From: the human T2T-CHM13v2.0 reference genome, Homo sapiens
NCBI RefSeq assembly: GCF_009914755.1
Contig: NC_060926.1
Direction: 5' to 3' (one strand)
DNA: 64,000 bases
A program made the translations under genes and the position numbers. Within the stretch, counting starts at the first letter, position 1. Each line of letters begins with the position of its first letter. A model generated the notes under the pieces. That model worked only from the letters and a program-made list of their open reading frames with translations, was not told where the DNA came from and made no database searches. Positions 46,226 through 64,000 of the stretch are shown here, in pieces.

Positions 46226-47308
46226 TTCTAAAGTATCAATATGAGGAAGAAAGAAAATGGTCTTAGAAGTAGTGTCTGAGATACAAAAAGAAACAGTAAG
46301 AAATTAATAAAGATGAAGGTAATAAATATTGTCCTTATAAAGTAACTACTATTATTATATTTAACTTGTATGGCTAGAAAAACAGAGTTGAAATATCAGA
46401 AAACAATATCATGTATGTCAAGAGAAGAGTGATCAGAGGTAATGGGTAACATTCTTACTTCCTTCAAAAGAAGAGATTGTTTTTATTAACTTCAGAATTT
46501 GCTAGGTCATTAAATGCACAAGGTACAAGTTCTAGGGTATCTAGTTAAAGACCAGAAATAGAATATATACTCTCCAAATAAACCCAATAGAGTGAGAAAC
46601 AAAAAATAAAATTCATTATCTTAAAAGGGATAATTGTGACAAGCATAGAAAAGCAAAATAAATAGCACAATATATTAGGACACCTACTAATAAATGAATA
46701 ATTAAAATAAATAAAATAGCACTAAGTATTACTTTTGCACCAATCTAATATTTCAAATTAAAGACAGACATTATAAGGATGACCTTTCAAAATCCAGCTA
46801 TATTCCATTTACAAGAGACACATGTAAGAATAAAGATCCAAAAATGTTGAAAGCATAGAAAATAATATGCCAGGAAAATAACAAGAAACCCCATAATATT
46901 TATATTAGAAATGTAGATTTGAATACAAGTATTATTAGAGATAAACACATCTCTTTCACATCACATAGTGATGAAAGTTTCCAGTCATCATAAAGATATA
47001 TTTCTAAACTTTTATGCATCTTTATGCTTCAGAATATATATAGCAAAATTTTACTTAAATGTGAGAAATTGACAAATGTAACTCAAAGTGGAAGACTTCT
47101 AAACACTTATTTCAATTTAATGACCAAGCATTAAAAATTAAATTATGTATAATTCTGCAACCAAAATGAGAGAATATATATCTGCTTGAATGCACATGAA
47201 GCAACAGTAAAAAGTGGCCATGTAACAAGCAAAATACAAATCTCGGCTAATTTTAAACAATAACTGTTATGTACATCACATACTTGTATTGTTTATCAAA
47301 TGCCTTTG

Positions 47309-49449
47309 ATAAACACAGTCAACATTACACTGAATGGGCAAAATCTGGAACCATTCCCTTTGAAAACTGGCACAAGACAAGGATGCTGTCTCTAACCACT
47401 TCTATTCAACATAGTATTGGAAGTTCTGGCCAGGGCAATCAGGCAAGAAAAAACAATAAAGTATATTCAAATAGGAAGGGAAGAAGTCAAATTGTCTCTG
47501 TTTTTAGATGACATGATTTTGTATTTAGAAAACCCCATTGTCTCAGCCCAAAAACCCCTTAAGCTGATAAGCAAATTCAATAAAATCTCAGGATAAAAAA
47601 TCAACGTGCAAAAACCACAAGCATTCCTATACACCAACAATAGACAAGCAGAGAACCAAATCATGAATAAACTCTCATTCACAATTGCTACAAAGAGAAT
47701 AAAATACCTAGGAATACAGCTAACAAGAGATGTGAAGGACCTCTTCCAGGAGAATTACAACCCATGGCTCAAAGAAATAAGAAAGGACACAAACACATGG
47801 ATAAACATTCCATCCTCATGGATAGGAAGAATCAATATCATTAAAATGGCCATATGGCTGAAAGTAATTTATAGATTCAATGCTATTTAAATCAAACTAC
47901 CATTGACTTTCATCACAGAATTAGAAAAACTATTTTAAATTTCTTATAGAACTAAAAAAGAGCCCATATAGCCAAGACAATCCTAAGAAAAAGAACAAAG
48001 CTGGAGTCATCATGTTACCTGACTTCAAACCATACTACAAGGGTACAGTAACCAAAACAGCATGATACTGGTACCAAAACAGACATATAGACTAATTGAA
48101 CAGAATACAGACCTCAGAAATAAGATCATACATCTACAACCATCTATCTGATCTTTGACAATCCCGACAAAAACAAGCAATGCAGAAAAGACTCTCTATT
48201 TAATAAACGGTGCTGAGAAAACTGGTTACCCATATGCAGAAAACTGAAGCTGGACCTCTTCCTTATGCCTTATACAAAAATTAACTCAAGATGGATTAAG
48301 TTAATGAATTTATAAGGAACTTAAACAAATTTACAAGAAAAAAACAGACATCCCCATCAAAAACTAGGCAAAGGACATGAACAGACACTTCTCAAAATAA
48401 GACATTTATGCAGCCAGCAAATACATGAAAAAAAGTTTAGCATCACTGATCGTTAGAGAATTGCAAATAAAAAACACAATGAGATACCATCTCATGCTAG
48501 TCAGAAGGGTGATTATTAAAAAGTCAAGAAGTGGCTGGGCGCGGTGGCTCACACCTGTAATCCCAGCATTTTGGGAAGCAAAGACGGGTGGATCACCTGA
48601 GGTCAGGACTTCAAGACCAGCCTGGCCAACATGGTGAAACCCTGTCTCTATTAAAAATACAAAAAATTAGCTGGGTGTGGTCATGGGTGCCTGTAATCCC
48701 AGCTACTCAGGAGGCTGAGCCAGGAGAATCACTTGAGCCCGGGAGACAGGTTGAAGTGAGCCGAGATCATGCCATCGCACTCCAGCCTGGGCAACAAGAG
48801 TGAAACTCTGTCTCAAAAAAAAAAAAAAAAAAGTCAGGAAGCAACAGATGCTTGTACTCCATTGGTGGAAATATAAATTAGTTCAACCATTGTGAAAGAT
48901 AGTGTGGTGATTCCTCATGGATCTAGTACCAGAAATACCATTTGACCGAGCAATCCCACTACTGGATATACACCCAAAGGAATAGAAATCATTCCATTAT
49001 GAAGATACATACAAACATACATGCACATGTGTGTTTATTGCAGCATTATTCACAATAGCAAAGACATGGAACCAACCAAAATGCCCATCAATGATAGACT
49101 GGATAAAGAAAATGCAGTACATATACACCATGGAATACTACGTAGCCATAAAAAGGAATATCATGTCCTTTGCAGGGACAGAAAACCAAACACTGCATGT
49201 TCTCACTCATAAGTGGGAGCTGAACAGTGAAAACATGTGGACACAGGGAGGGGAACAACACACTGCGTGGGAGTGGGGGGTGCAAGAGCATCAGCACAAA
49301 TGGCTGATACATGTGGGGCTTAATACCTAGGTGATGGGTTGATAGGTGCGGCAAACCACCCTGGCACATATACACCTATGTAACAAACCTGCACATTTTG
49401 CACATATATCCTGACACTTAAAGTAAAATTTTAAAAAAAGAAAAAAAAG
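47309..49449 (+). mobile_element. 5'-truncated, internally deleted older L1PA (approx. PA8-PA13)
   Basis: ORF2 RT/C-terminal peptides, 3'UTR, poly(A). Confidence 0.88.
48533..48828 (+). mobile_element. AluS nested in L1
   Basis: TSD aaaagtcaagaag/aaaagtcaggaag. Confidence 0.93.
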
Positions 49450-51300
49450 AATCAATAAGTAGGTCAGATGAGCACTCACAGTACCTGGTTTTAACTATAT
49501 ATCACTGAAAGGGACACTGAAGAGGTAAGAAAGACAGACTTGAATTGCAGATGCCACTCTGTTTCTAAGACCATCAAAGCAGTATCTCTATGAGTCTGCA
49601 AGAACCACAATGTCACTGGGCTTAAGGTTCCCCCTAAAGTAAATATAGCTTAGATCACAACACACAAGTCCTTTTGAATATCTGAAAAGCCTTCCCAAAA
49701 AGGACGGGTACAAACAACACCAGACAGCAAAAGCTACAGTAAATATCTAACTTTTCAATGGCCAGACACAGATGAACATTTACCAGTATCAAGACCATCT
49801 GGGAAAACATGACCCTACCAAATGAACTAAATAAGGCACCAGGGACTAATCAAGGAGAAACAGATATATGTGACCTTTCAGACAGAGAATTTGAAATAGC
49901 TGTTTTGGGGAAAGTCTAAGAAATTCAAGATAATGCAGAGAAGAAATTCAGAATTCTATCAGATAAATTTTAAAAAGAGAGATTGACATAATTAAAAAGA
50001 ATCAAGCAGAAATCCTGGAGCTGAAAAAATGCAGTTGGCATACTGAGGCATGCATCAGAGTTCTTTAAAAGCAGAAGTGATCAAACAGAAGAAAGAATTA
50101 GCTTGAGGACAGGCTATGTGTAAATACACAGTCAGAGGAGATAAAAGAAAAAAGAATAAAATACAATGAAGCACACCTACAAGATCTAGGAAATAGCCTC
50201 AAAAGGGCAAATCGAAGATTTATTGGCCTTAAAAAGGAGGTAGAGAAAGAGACCATGGTAGAAAATTTATACAAAGGGATAATATCAGAGAACTGCCAAA
50301 ACCTAGAAAAAGATATCAGCATTCAAGTGCAAAAAGATTATAGAACACCAAGCAGATCTAACCCAAAGAAGACTACATCAAGGCATTTAAAAATCAAACT
50401 CCCAAAGGTCAAGGATAAAGAAAGTATCCTAAAAACAGCAAGAGAAAAGAAACAGATCACATACAAAGGAGCTCCAATACATCTTGCAGAAAACTCTTCA
50501 GTGGAAAACTTACAGGCCAGGAGAGAGTGGCATGACATATTTAAAGTGCTGAAGGAAAAAAACTTGTATCCTAGAATAGTATATCTGGCTAAAATATCCT
50601 TCAAACATGAAGGAGAAATAAAGACTTTCCCAGACAAACAAAAGTTGAGGGATTTCATCAACACCAGACTTATCCTACAAGAAACGCTAAAAGGAGTACT
50701 TCAATCAGAAAGAAAATGACTTTAATGAACAATAAGATCTCATCTGAAGGTAAAAAAAAAATAGTAAGTGCACAGAAAAACAGAATATTATAATGTTGTA
50801 ACTGTAGTGGGTAAACTGCTCTTATCTTAAGCAGAAAGACTAAAGGATGAGCCAATCAAAAATAATAATTACAGCAACTTTTCAAGACTTCGTACAATAC
50901 AATGTAAATAGTAAGAAAAAAAGTTAAAAGGCGGAGGGACAAAGTTAAATTGTAAATTTTTATTAGTTTTCTTTTTACTTGTTTATGCAAACAGTGTTAA
51001 GTTTTTATCAACTCAAAATTATGGATTATAAGATAGTATTTGCAAGCCTCATAGTATCCTCAAATCAAAAATTGCAACATATACACAAAAATAAAAAGCA
51101 AGAAACTAAATCATAACACCAGAGAAAATCACCTTCACTAAAAGGAAGACAGAAAGGAAATAAAGAAGGAAGAGAAGACCACAAAACAACTATCAAACAC
51201 ATAACAAAGTGGCAGGAGTGAGTCCTTACTTATCAATAATAATATTGAATGTAAATGGACTAATCTGTCCAACTAAAAGACATATAGAATGGCTGAATGA
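49450..51300 (+). mobile_element. Old L1 (L1PB/L1M-like) ORF1, inter-ORF region and ORF2 start
   Basis: ORF 50255-50719 LQARREWHDIFKVLKEKNLYPRIVYLAKISF; ORF2 N-terminus ttgaatgtaaatggactaa near 51245. Confidence 0.85.
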
Positions 51301-51499
51301 GTTATGCAAATATGTATAATTAATGTAAATTTGTAAAGATTTTAGATATTAAAAACTTGATTCTGAATTTTATAAAAACAAACATATACTGAATAGAAAG
51401 AGAGATAATCATTTGTGAAGATTATAAACAAAGCGAAAATGAAGAAAAAATGGAAATCAAGAGAAAAGAAAGATAAGACTTGAAGAACAGAATATCCAG

Positions 51500-54400
51500 T
51501 TTTTTTTTAACTTTTATTCTAGGTTACGGAGTATATGTGAAGGCTTGTTACATAGGTAAACTTATGTCATGGGGGTTTGTTATACAGATTATTTCATCAC
51601 CCAGGTATTAAATGCAGTACCCAATAGTTCTATTTCCTTCTCCTCTCCCTCCTTCCTCCCTCCACCCTCAAGCCAACCACAGTGTCTGTTGTTTCCTTCT
51701 TTGTGCTCATAAGTTATCATTTAGCTCCCACCTATAAGTGAGAACCTGCATTATTTGGTTTTTTTGTTCCTGTATTAGTTTGCTGAGCATAGTAGCTTTC
51801 AGTTCCATCCATGTTCCCACAAAGGACATGATCTTGTTCTTTTTTATGGCTGAATAGTATTCCATGGTGTATATGTACCACATTTTCTTTATCCAATCTG
51901 TCATTGATGAGCATGTAGATTGATTCCATGTCTTTGCTATTGTGAATAGTGCTGCAGTGAACATTCACATGTATCTCTTTATGGTAGAATGATTTACATT
52001 TCTCTGAGTATATATCCAGTAATGGGATTGCTGGGTCTAATGGTGGTTCTGCTTTTATCTCTTTGAGGAATTGCCATACTGCTTTCCACGATGGTTGAAC
52101 TAACTTACATTCCTACCAACAGTGTATAAGTATTGCCTTTTCTCTGCAATCTTGCCAGTATCTGTTATTTTTTAACTTTTTCATAGTAGCCATTCTGACT
52201 GGTGTGAGATGGTATCTCATTGTGGTTTTGATTTGCATTTCTCTAATGATCAGTGATACTGAGCTTTTTTTCATTTGCTTGTTGGCCACATGCATGCCTT
52301 CCTTTGAAAAGTGTCAGTTCACGTCCTTTGCCCACTTTTTAACAGGGTTGCTTGTTTTTCTCTTGTAAATTGGTTAAGTTTCTTATAGATGCTGGATATT
52401 AGACTTTGGTCAGATGCATAATTTGTAAATATTTTCTCCCATTCTGTAGGTTGTCTGTTTACTCTGTTGATAGTTTCTTTTGCTGTGCAGAAGCTCATTA
52501 GTTCAATTACATCCCATATATCAATTTTTGCTTTTGTTGTGATTGATTTTGGCGTTTCGTCATGAAATCTTTTCCCGTTTCTATGTACAGGATGTTATTG
52601 CCTACGTTGTCTTCCAGGGTTTTTATAGTTTTGTGTTTTATATTTAAGTCTTCAATCCATCTTGAGTTGATTTTTGTACGTGGTGTAAAAAAAAGGGTTG
52701 AGCTTCAGGCTTCTGTATATGGCTAGCAAGTTATCCGAGCATCATTTACTGAATAAGGAGTATTTTCTACATTGCTTGTTTTTTCAGCTTTGTTGAAGAT
52801 CAGGTGGTTGTAGGTGTGTGGCCTTATTTCAGCGCTCTCTATTCTGTTCTATTGGTTCTGTTCCATGTGCCTGTTATTATTATTATTATTATTATTATTA
52901 TACTTTAAGTTTTAGGTTACATGTGCACAATGTGCAGGTTAGTTACATATGTATACATGTGCCATGCTGGTGCGCTGCACCCACTAACTCGTCATCTAGC
53001 AGTAGGTATATCTCCCAATGCTATCCCTCCCCACTCCCCCCACCCCACAACAGTCCCCAGAGTGTGATGTTCCCCTTCCTGTGTCCATGTGTTCTCATTG
53101 TTCAATTCCCACCTATGAGTGAGAATATGCATTGTTTGGTTTTTTGTTCTTGCGATAGTTTACTGAGAATGATGATTTCCAATTTCATCCATGTCTCTAC
53201 AAAGGACATGAACTCATCATTTTTTATTGTACCAGCATCATGCTGTTTTGGTTACTGTAGCCCTGTAGTATAGTTTGAAGTCAGGTAACATGATGCCTCC
53301 ATCTTTCTTCTTTTTGCTTAGGATTGCCTTTGCTATTTGGGCTCTTTTTTGGTTCCATATAAATTTTAAAATAGTCTTTTGTCTTTGTGTGAAGGATGTC
53401 ATTGTTAGTTTGATAGGAATAACATTGAAACTGTAAATTGCTTTGGAGAGTATGGCCATTTTAATGATATTGATTCTTCCTATCCATGATCATAGGATGT
53501 TTTTTCATTTGTTTGTGTTCTCTCTGATTTCTTTGAGCAGTGCTCATTCTCATTGTAGAGATCTTTCACCTTCCTCATTAGCTGTATTCCTAGGTAATTT
53601 ATTCTTTTTTGTGGCACTTGTGAATGTCTTTCTGGTTGGCTCTTGGCTTGACTGTTGTTGATGCTAGTGATTTTTGTACATTGATTTTGTATCCTGAGAC
53701 TTTGCTGGAGTTATCAGCTGAAGGAGCTTTTGGGCCTAGACTATGGAGTTTTCTAGATACAGAATCATGTCATCTGCAAACAAAGATAGTTTAACTTCTC
53801 CTCTTCCTATTTGGATGAACTTTATTTTCTTCCCTTGCCTGATTGCTCTGGATAGGACTTCCAAAACTACGTTGAATAGGAGTGGTGAGAGAAGGCATCC
53901 TTGTCTTGTGCCAGTTTTCAAGTGGAAAGCTTCCAGCTTTTATCCATTCAGCATAATATTGGCTGTGGGTTTGTCATAGATGGTTCTTATTATTTTGAGG
54001 TATGTTCCTTCAATACCCAGTTTATTGAGAGTTTTTAACATAAAGAGGTGTTGAATTTCATTGAAAGCCTTTTCTGCGTCTATTGAGATAATCAGGTGGT
54101 TTTTGTCTTTAGTTCTGTTTATGTGATGAATCACATTTGTTGATTTCCATGTGTCGAAACAACTTTGCATCCCATGAATGAAGGCTACTTGATCATGGTG
54201 GATTAGCTTTTTGATGTGTTGCTGGATTCAGTTTGCAAGTATTTTGCTGAGGATTTTCACATTGATGTTCATCAGGGATATTGGCCTGAAGTTTTATTTT
54301 TTGTGTTTGTCTTCCAGGTTTTAGTATCAAGATGATGCTGGTCCATAGAATGAATTGAAAAGGAGTCTCTCTTTGTCAATTTTTTGGAATATTTTCTGTA

Positions 54401-55876
54401 CAAATGGAACCATCTCTTCTTTGTACATCTGGTAGAATTTGGCTGTGAATACATCAGGTCCTGGGCTATTTTTCGTTGGTAGGCTATTTATTACTGATTC
54501 AATTTCAGAGCTCATTATTGTTCTGTTCATGAAATCAGTTCCTTCCTGGTTCAATCTTGAGTGGTTGTATGTGTTTAGGAACTTGTCCATCTTTTCTAGG
54601 TTTTCTAGTTTGTGTGCATAGAAGTGTTTGTAGTAGTTTCTGAAGATTATTTTTATTTCTGTGCAATCAGTGGTAACATTCCCTTTGTAATTTCTAATTG
54701 TGTTTATTTGGATCTTCTCTCTGTTCTTCTTTATTATTCTAGCTAGCACTATCTATCTTATTAATTTCTTCAAAAAACAAACTCCTATATTCATTGATCT
54801 TTTAAATTGTTTTTTGTGTCTCAATTTCCTTCGATTCAGCTCTGATTTTGGTTATTTCTTATCTTCTGCTAGCTTTGGGGTTGATTTGTTCTTGCTTCAC
54901 TTATTCTTTCAGTTATGATGTTAGGTTGTTAATTTGAGATCTTTCTAACTTTTTGATGTTGGCATTTAATGCTATGAATTTCCCTATTAACAGCACTGTA
55001 GCTGTGTCCCAGAGATTCTGGTATGTTGTATCTTTGTTCTCATTAGTTTCAAAGAACTTCTTGATTTCTTATTTAATTTCATTATTTGCCCAAAAGTCAT
55101 TTAGGAACATGTTGTTTAGTTTCCAGGTAATTTCCTGGTTTTGAGAAATTTTCTTAATCTTGACTGATATTTTTATTGCACTGTGGTCCAAGAATGTGTT
55201 TGGTATGATTTTGGTTCCTTTGCATTTGCTGAGGATTGTTTTATGCCCAATTATGTAGTCAGTGTTAGAGTATGTGCCATGTGGCAATGAGAAGAATGTA
55301 TATTCTGTCTTTTTGCAGTGGAGAATTCTGTGGAGGTCTATCAGATCCATTTGGTTCATTGTTGAGTTCAGGTCCTGAATATCTTTATTAAGTTTCTGCC
55401 TTGATGACCTGATTAATACTGTCAGTGGAGTGTTGAAGTCTCCCACTATTATTGTGTGAGATTCTATGTCTCTTTGTAGGTCTCTAATAACTTGCTGTAT
55501 GAATCTGAGTGCTCCTGTTTTGGGTGCATATATATTTAGGATAGTTAAGCCTTCTTGTTGAATTGAACTCTTTACCATTATATAATGCCCTTCTTTCTTT
55601 TCAAAATCTTTGTTGGTTTGAAGTGTGTTTGTCTGAAACTAGGATTACAACCTTGCTTTTTTTTCTGCTTTCCCTTTTCTTGGTAGATTTTTCTCCACCC
55701 CTTTACTATGAGTATCATTTCATGCAAGATGGGTCTCTTAAAGACAGCATACCACTGGGTCTTGTTTTTTCATCCAGGTTGGCACTCTGTTACTTTTAAG
55801 TGGAGTATGGGGCCTGTTTACATTCAAGGTTAGTATTGATATGTGTGAATTTGATCCTGGCATTGTGTTGTTAGCT
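51500..55876 (-). mobile_element. Older L1PA (approx. PA13-PA16) covering ORF2 + 3'UTR
   Basis: Many ORF2 peptides on the minus strand; degenerate TSD gaatatccag/gaatactcag. Confidence 0.9.
52874..53227 (-). mobile_element. Young L1PA (PA2-PA4-like) 3' fragment nested in the older L1
   Basis: Nearly identical to the 3'UTR at 37370-37700; (TAA)n tail. Confidence 0.9.
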
Positions 55877-58552
55877 GAATACTCAGATTTTTAAACTATA
55901 AAAAGTAAGAATTTAAGAAAAAAAATAGTTGAAGAAAAAGCAGTAATCATTTTAAAAAAGAAACAAATTATCTAGATGAAAAGGAAGATTATTTTTCAGA
56001 TCAAAAGACAAATCTAGACTTCTTTAATAAAAATGCACACCACTCACACTCTTAGTTTGATATATTGGCAAACAATTTTAATTCCAGGAATAAACTGAAA
56101 AAAAAACACTTTTACAAGAGAAATAAACTGGCTTTGGATTATTCATCCATAAAACTAGAAGTCAAAAGAGCAAATGATATTTATTACCATCTTGAAAAGG
56201 ACTGTGATCCTAAAATGCTCTCTTCTACTAGTATAGTATTCACATGGGAAAGCAGAGACATTTTCAGATATCAAAAACTTAGAAAATATACTCCTGATGA
56301 AATATAAAATATTAAGTTGTACAGCTGTATATCTGATATCATTTAATTTAAATATATATGCTAAATATTGGATTTATATGCATATATAAATACCTAGACA
56401 AAGGCTGATAAGAAAACTCACTAAAGTGTTAACAACAGTATTTCTGAAGAAATGAGTAGGAGTCAACTGAGAACATTTTAAATTTGATTTAATAAATATA
56501 TAAAAATTGTTTTGTCACTGCCAGGCAACTATGCTCATGAACATTCTCATTTGAGGACGTTCAATAATCCATACTTGACTCCCGTTAAGTATGTTCCCTG
56601 TTCTGGCACTTCACAAGGAGATTTTGCTCTTATAAACCTGACATTTTCAAATTCTTTTTTGTTTCCAAAATAAGCCCAAAGGGAACACATATTTCTATTG
56701 CTTTCTAAAATGACTGCCAGATTTTTGTCTGTTTCATTCTTAGTGACGCATATACAACATTTTTTGTTTTTTTGTTTCTAGGGCAAAAATGTCAAACATC
56801 TTTTGGACCATTTTGACTGTGATATTCTTCATCCTAAAATAGTAACAATCAAAAACCTCTAATTACACAAAGATAAAGCAAATTGATTATTATAATCTCT
56901 ACAATTATAAAATCAGCATAGATAATGCAAACACAATCACATATTAAATCCAAAAATTTTGCCAAGATCAATGATAATAAACATAAACATCATCTCATTG
57001 CACTGGTCTAGCAATGTACCACTCCTAATTTCAGTATATCTTTTTGCCAAGGGCTGCTTCAGGTGCCATCTCCAAAGACAGAGAGAAAGGAGAAATTCAC
57101 TTATTACAAATGGCCTGTTAAGTTCTGAGACAGATTCTAAGTCTCCTGAGTATCAAAATACAATACATTAAAAAACCATCTAATTACCAACAGTTTTGAG
57201 TACCCACCAAGTCTGAAGCCTAGTTGAGCTCGCCAGTCAGCATTATTTGATCTCACGTGAAAGAAGACATAAGAGTTTGGGGGGACAAGAAATAAAGCTC
57301 ATCTTATTTCCTATGTGTTCAATGACAGGTACTGTGGGATGGCACAGAAATGAATAAGTACACAAATCTGCCTTCAAAGAATGTGGCATTTTCAGAAGCA
57401 TAAGAACACTAATTTCTATACTAAGTATAAAAAAAGGAATATAATCAATATTTTTAGGAAAGAACATCATAAAGACTTAGGATGTGTAAGGATGGTGAAC
57501 TCATATCAAGGCGGAGAAATCAAAGGGAAATTGTGAGTGTGGATATGGATGTGTATGCGTATATACACTTACACATGTGTGGGATGATAGGGAATGTGGC
57601 ATTTGAGCCTATTTGAACATAACAGGTTGAATTTCAAAAATTTAGAAATGAAGAGAAGGGGATCTGTAGACTGATAGAACAGCATAAATAAAACCCTAAT
57701 GCCAAGGAAGCTTGGGAGTGAAATGAGAGCGCAAAATACCAAATACAATCTAAGATAATTTTGACACATAATTGGTCGATCTACAAAGTCTATCGAGGCA
57801 GGTAATCATAGAAATGGTGTATATATCTGAAAATGTTTTATTTTAACCTAAAATGTACAGGTGGAGATTCACCAGCATTTTGCCATATGGCCAACTATTC
57901 TCCTTTGAAAATGAGTCCACTAATTGGAATCCCCATATTATCACCTTTGTACAAACCTTTATCCAGAACATCCAGTCTCAGTTTCTTTAAAGTAAAAAAG
58001 GAACTAAAATATCCTTGTGAAGCAATCTTAGTACAGAATTTTGGATTTTTGCTATTTCTTTTCTGTCTTTCATATTATCCTGCCCGATTTTGGAAGCAAC
58101 TTTTAAATCACAAATACAGCTGGGAACAAAATCAACCAAACTTTGAGTAACACACAATTCAACCAAAGAGAACAGAGGTGCCTGAGCACACCAAATGTGA
58201 ATTAACAAGGGAATGGGGAGCATGACTTAGGCTCATGGGGCAGATAAGCAGAGGTCTTTTAAGTCTCCACTGCAGCCCAGAGGCATGAAATACATGTAGG
58301 GAAGCAGGGAAAGATAAGGCTGCAAAGGAGAGCTCAGAGTACAGTGAGAAGAGGCTCTAGAGTTCAGCTGAAGTTTTGTGCTTAATTTAATCAACAATGA
58401 AATATTTTTCTTGGAAAATGGCATGATCTGTGGTTCACTTTAGACTTAAAAAGATTAATCAAGCTATTGTCATAGAATGAGAGGGAGGAGGCAGCACCTA
58501 GAGTAATAGTATGGATTATGTAGGGAGTTTCCTCAGTAATCTAGGTATAAGT

Positions 58553-59215
<663 letters not shown>

Positions 59216-60254
59216 AAAATTGTTTGTTCAATACAACTGAAATACAGGGTCTATACTGGAGAAAGAGAGCAATAGGGTCAAAGAGTTATATTAGGAGCGA
59301 GGAATTCTGGTCTGGGAAAATGAAAGAGGTATAGAGAAGTGATATTTAAAGTTGTGACTGAGGATAAAAACCACAAGGAAAAGAATATATAGAGAGGGGA
59401 AAAGTAGAGATAAGAGGATAGAACTTGCAGAAGGCTCCATTCAGGTACGGAAAGAGGAATTTGAAAATAATCAAGAATGCAGGAATAGACTATTTCATAA
59501 AGGAAAGAGGCCAATAAAAAATGTAAAATTCTACAAAGAGCCTGATGAGGACAAGATTTAACAAAAAGCCATAGCGTTGTTCTTTAGAAAGTTGCTAATT
59601 ACGAGATTGTTTTATAATTGAATGATGCGGCAAAAACTGGATCACAGAGGATAAGCCAATGAAAAACTGAGTCAAAAGACAGAGGAGATAGTGAATGAGT
59701 AGAACACTTTTCCAAGAAGATTGGTTGTTAAGAGAAGGAAAAAGACACAGAAACAGATTAAAGGGAAAATTAGTCAAGAGAAAATGCATGTATACATATG
59801 TATACATACACATAAACATTTGGGTATGTATACATGTATATATCTGCAGAAATACACATATATTTAAGGCATGTAAAATTATGACAAATTTTTCTAAGTG
59901 TAGAAGTAAAGACAGCAAGTTGTCTTGGAGTATGATTTTGCTATTGAGAGAAGAATTCCTAAGACCACAGCGCCTTCCAATTTGGCCATGCCATATAGAA
60001 GGGGGATTGAAGACAAAAGACTGAGAATGTGAATGAAAACTAGAACTGCCATCTTGGGAGCTCATATTCTCAGGACTGAACACATACCAGATGACTGAGA
60101 TTGATTTTTTTCCATGAAATACAAAGATATGGAAGGCTCTGGACCATGAAAGTTATAAATGCCTTGAATGCTGCAGGGCAGGATCTCAGTAATGGCACTT
60201 TGTGATAGCAACAGAAGCAACAGAAGGGCAACTTGGGCCCACTTGTGGCTGTTT

Positions 60255-60681
60255 CTTTTCTTTTCTTTTTTATTATCATACTTTAAGTTCTACAGCACAT
60301 GTGCACAATGTGCAGGTTTCTTACATATGTATACATGTGCCATGTTGGTGTGCTGTACCCATTAACTCATATTTACATTAGGTATATATATGTATACCCA
60401 TTTACATTAGGTACATCACCTAATGCTATCCCTCCCCCCTCCCCCCACCACATGACAGGCCCTGGTATGTGATGTTCCCCACCCTGTGTACAAGTGTTCT
60501 CATCGTTCAATTCCCACCTATGAGTGAGAACATGCGGTGTTTGGTTTTCTGTCCTTGCGATAGTATGCTGAGAATGATGGTTTCCAGCTTCATCCATGTC
60601 CCTACAAAGGACATGAACTCATCATTTTTTATGGTTGCATAGTATTCCATGGTGTATATGTGCCACATTTTCTTAATCCAG
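60255..60681 (-). mobile_element. Short L1PA 3' fragment
   Basis: L1 3'UTR reverse complement with T-rich tail. Confidence 0.9.
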
Positions 60682-60699
60682 TTTTTTGTTGTTGTTGTT

Positions 60700-64000
<3,301 letters not shown>

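Noticed and set aside
59595-60083. 162-aa and 109-aa ORFs
   Set aside because: Lie in decayed L2-like and (TA/CA) low-complexity sequence; no domain recognised.

Overview
Primate (human-like) nuclear DNA, AT-rich and dominated by transposable elements; no host exon could be supported. Contents include: a MER41A solo LTR; a heavily rearranged HERV-H provirus (3977-8588) inserted into the 5' end of an old L1; Tigger1 with nested Alus and THE1; full-length THE1 and MST MaLR elements; a full-length young L1PA2-like LINE-1 (ORF0 and ORF1 intact, ORF2 broken only by two nonsense codons); an ORF-intact FAM133B processed retrocopy; and many older L1, L2, L3, MIR, Alu and MER fragments. The most unusual feature is the HERV-H. 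It has U5 ends at both termini inside a 5-bp target-site duplication (TSD). Its left end is an 88-bp fold-back of R-U5 followed by exactly 18 nt complementary to tRNA-Phe, which looks like a fossil of minus-strand strong-stop DNA self-priming. Its internal inversion junction carries a filler copied from flanking DNA about 2.5 kb away. Repeat family names come from recognising consensus sequences by eye, not from a database search.
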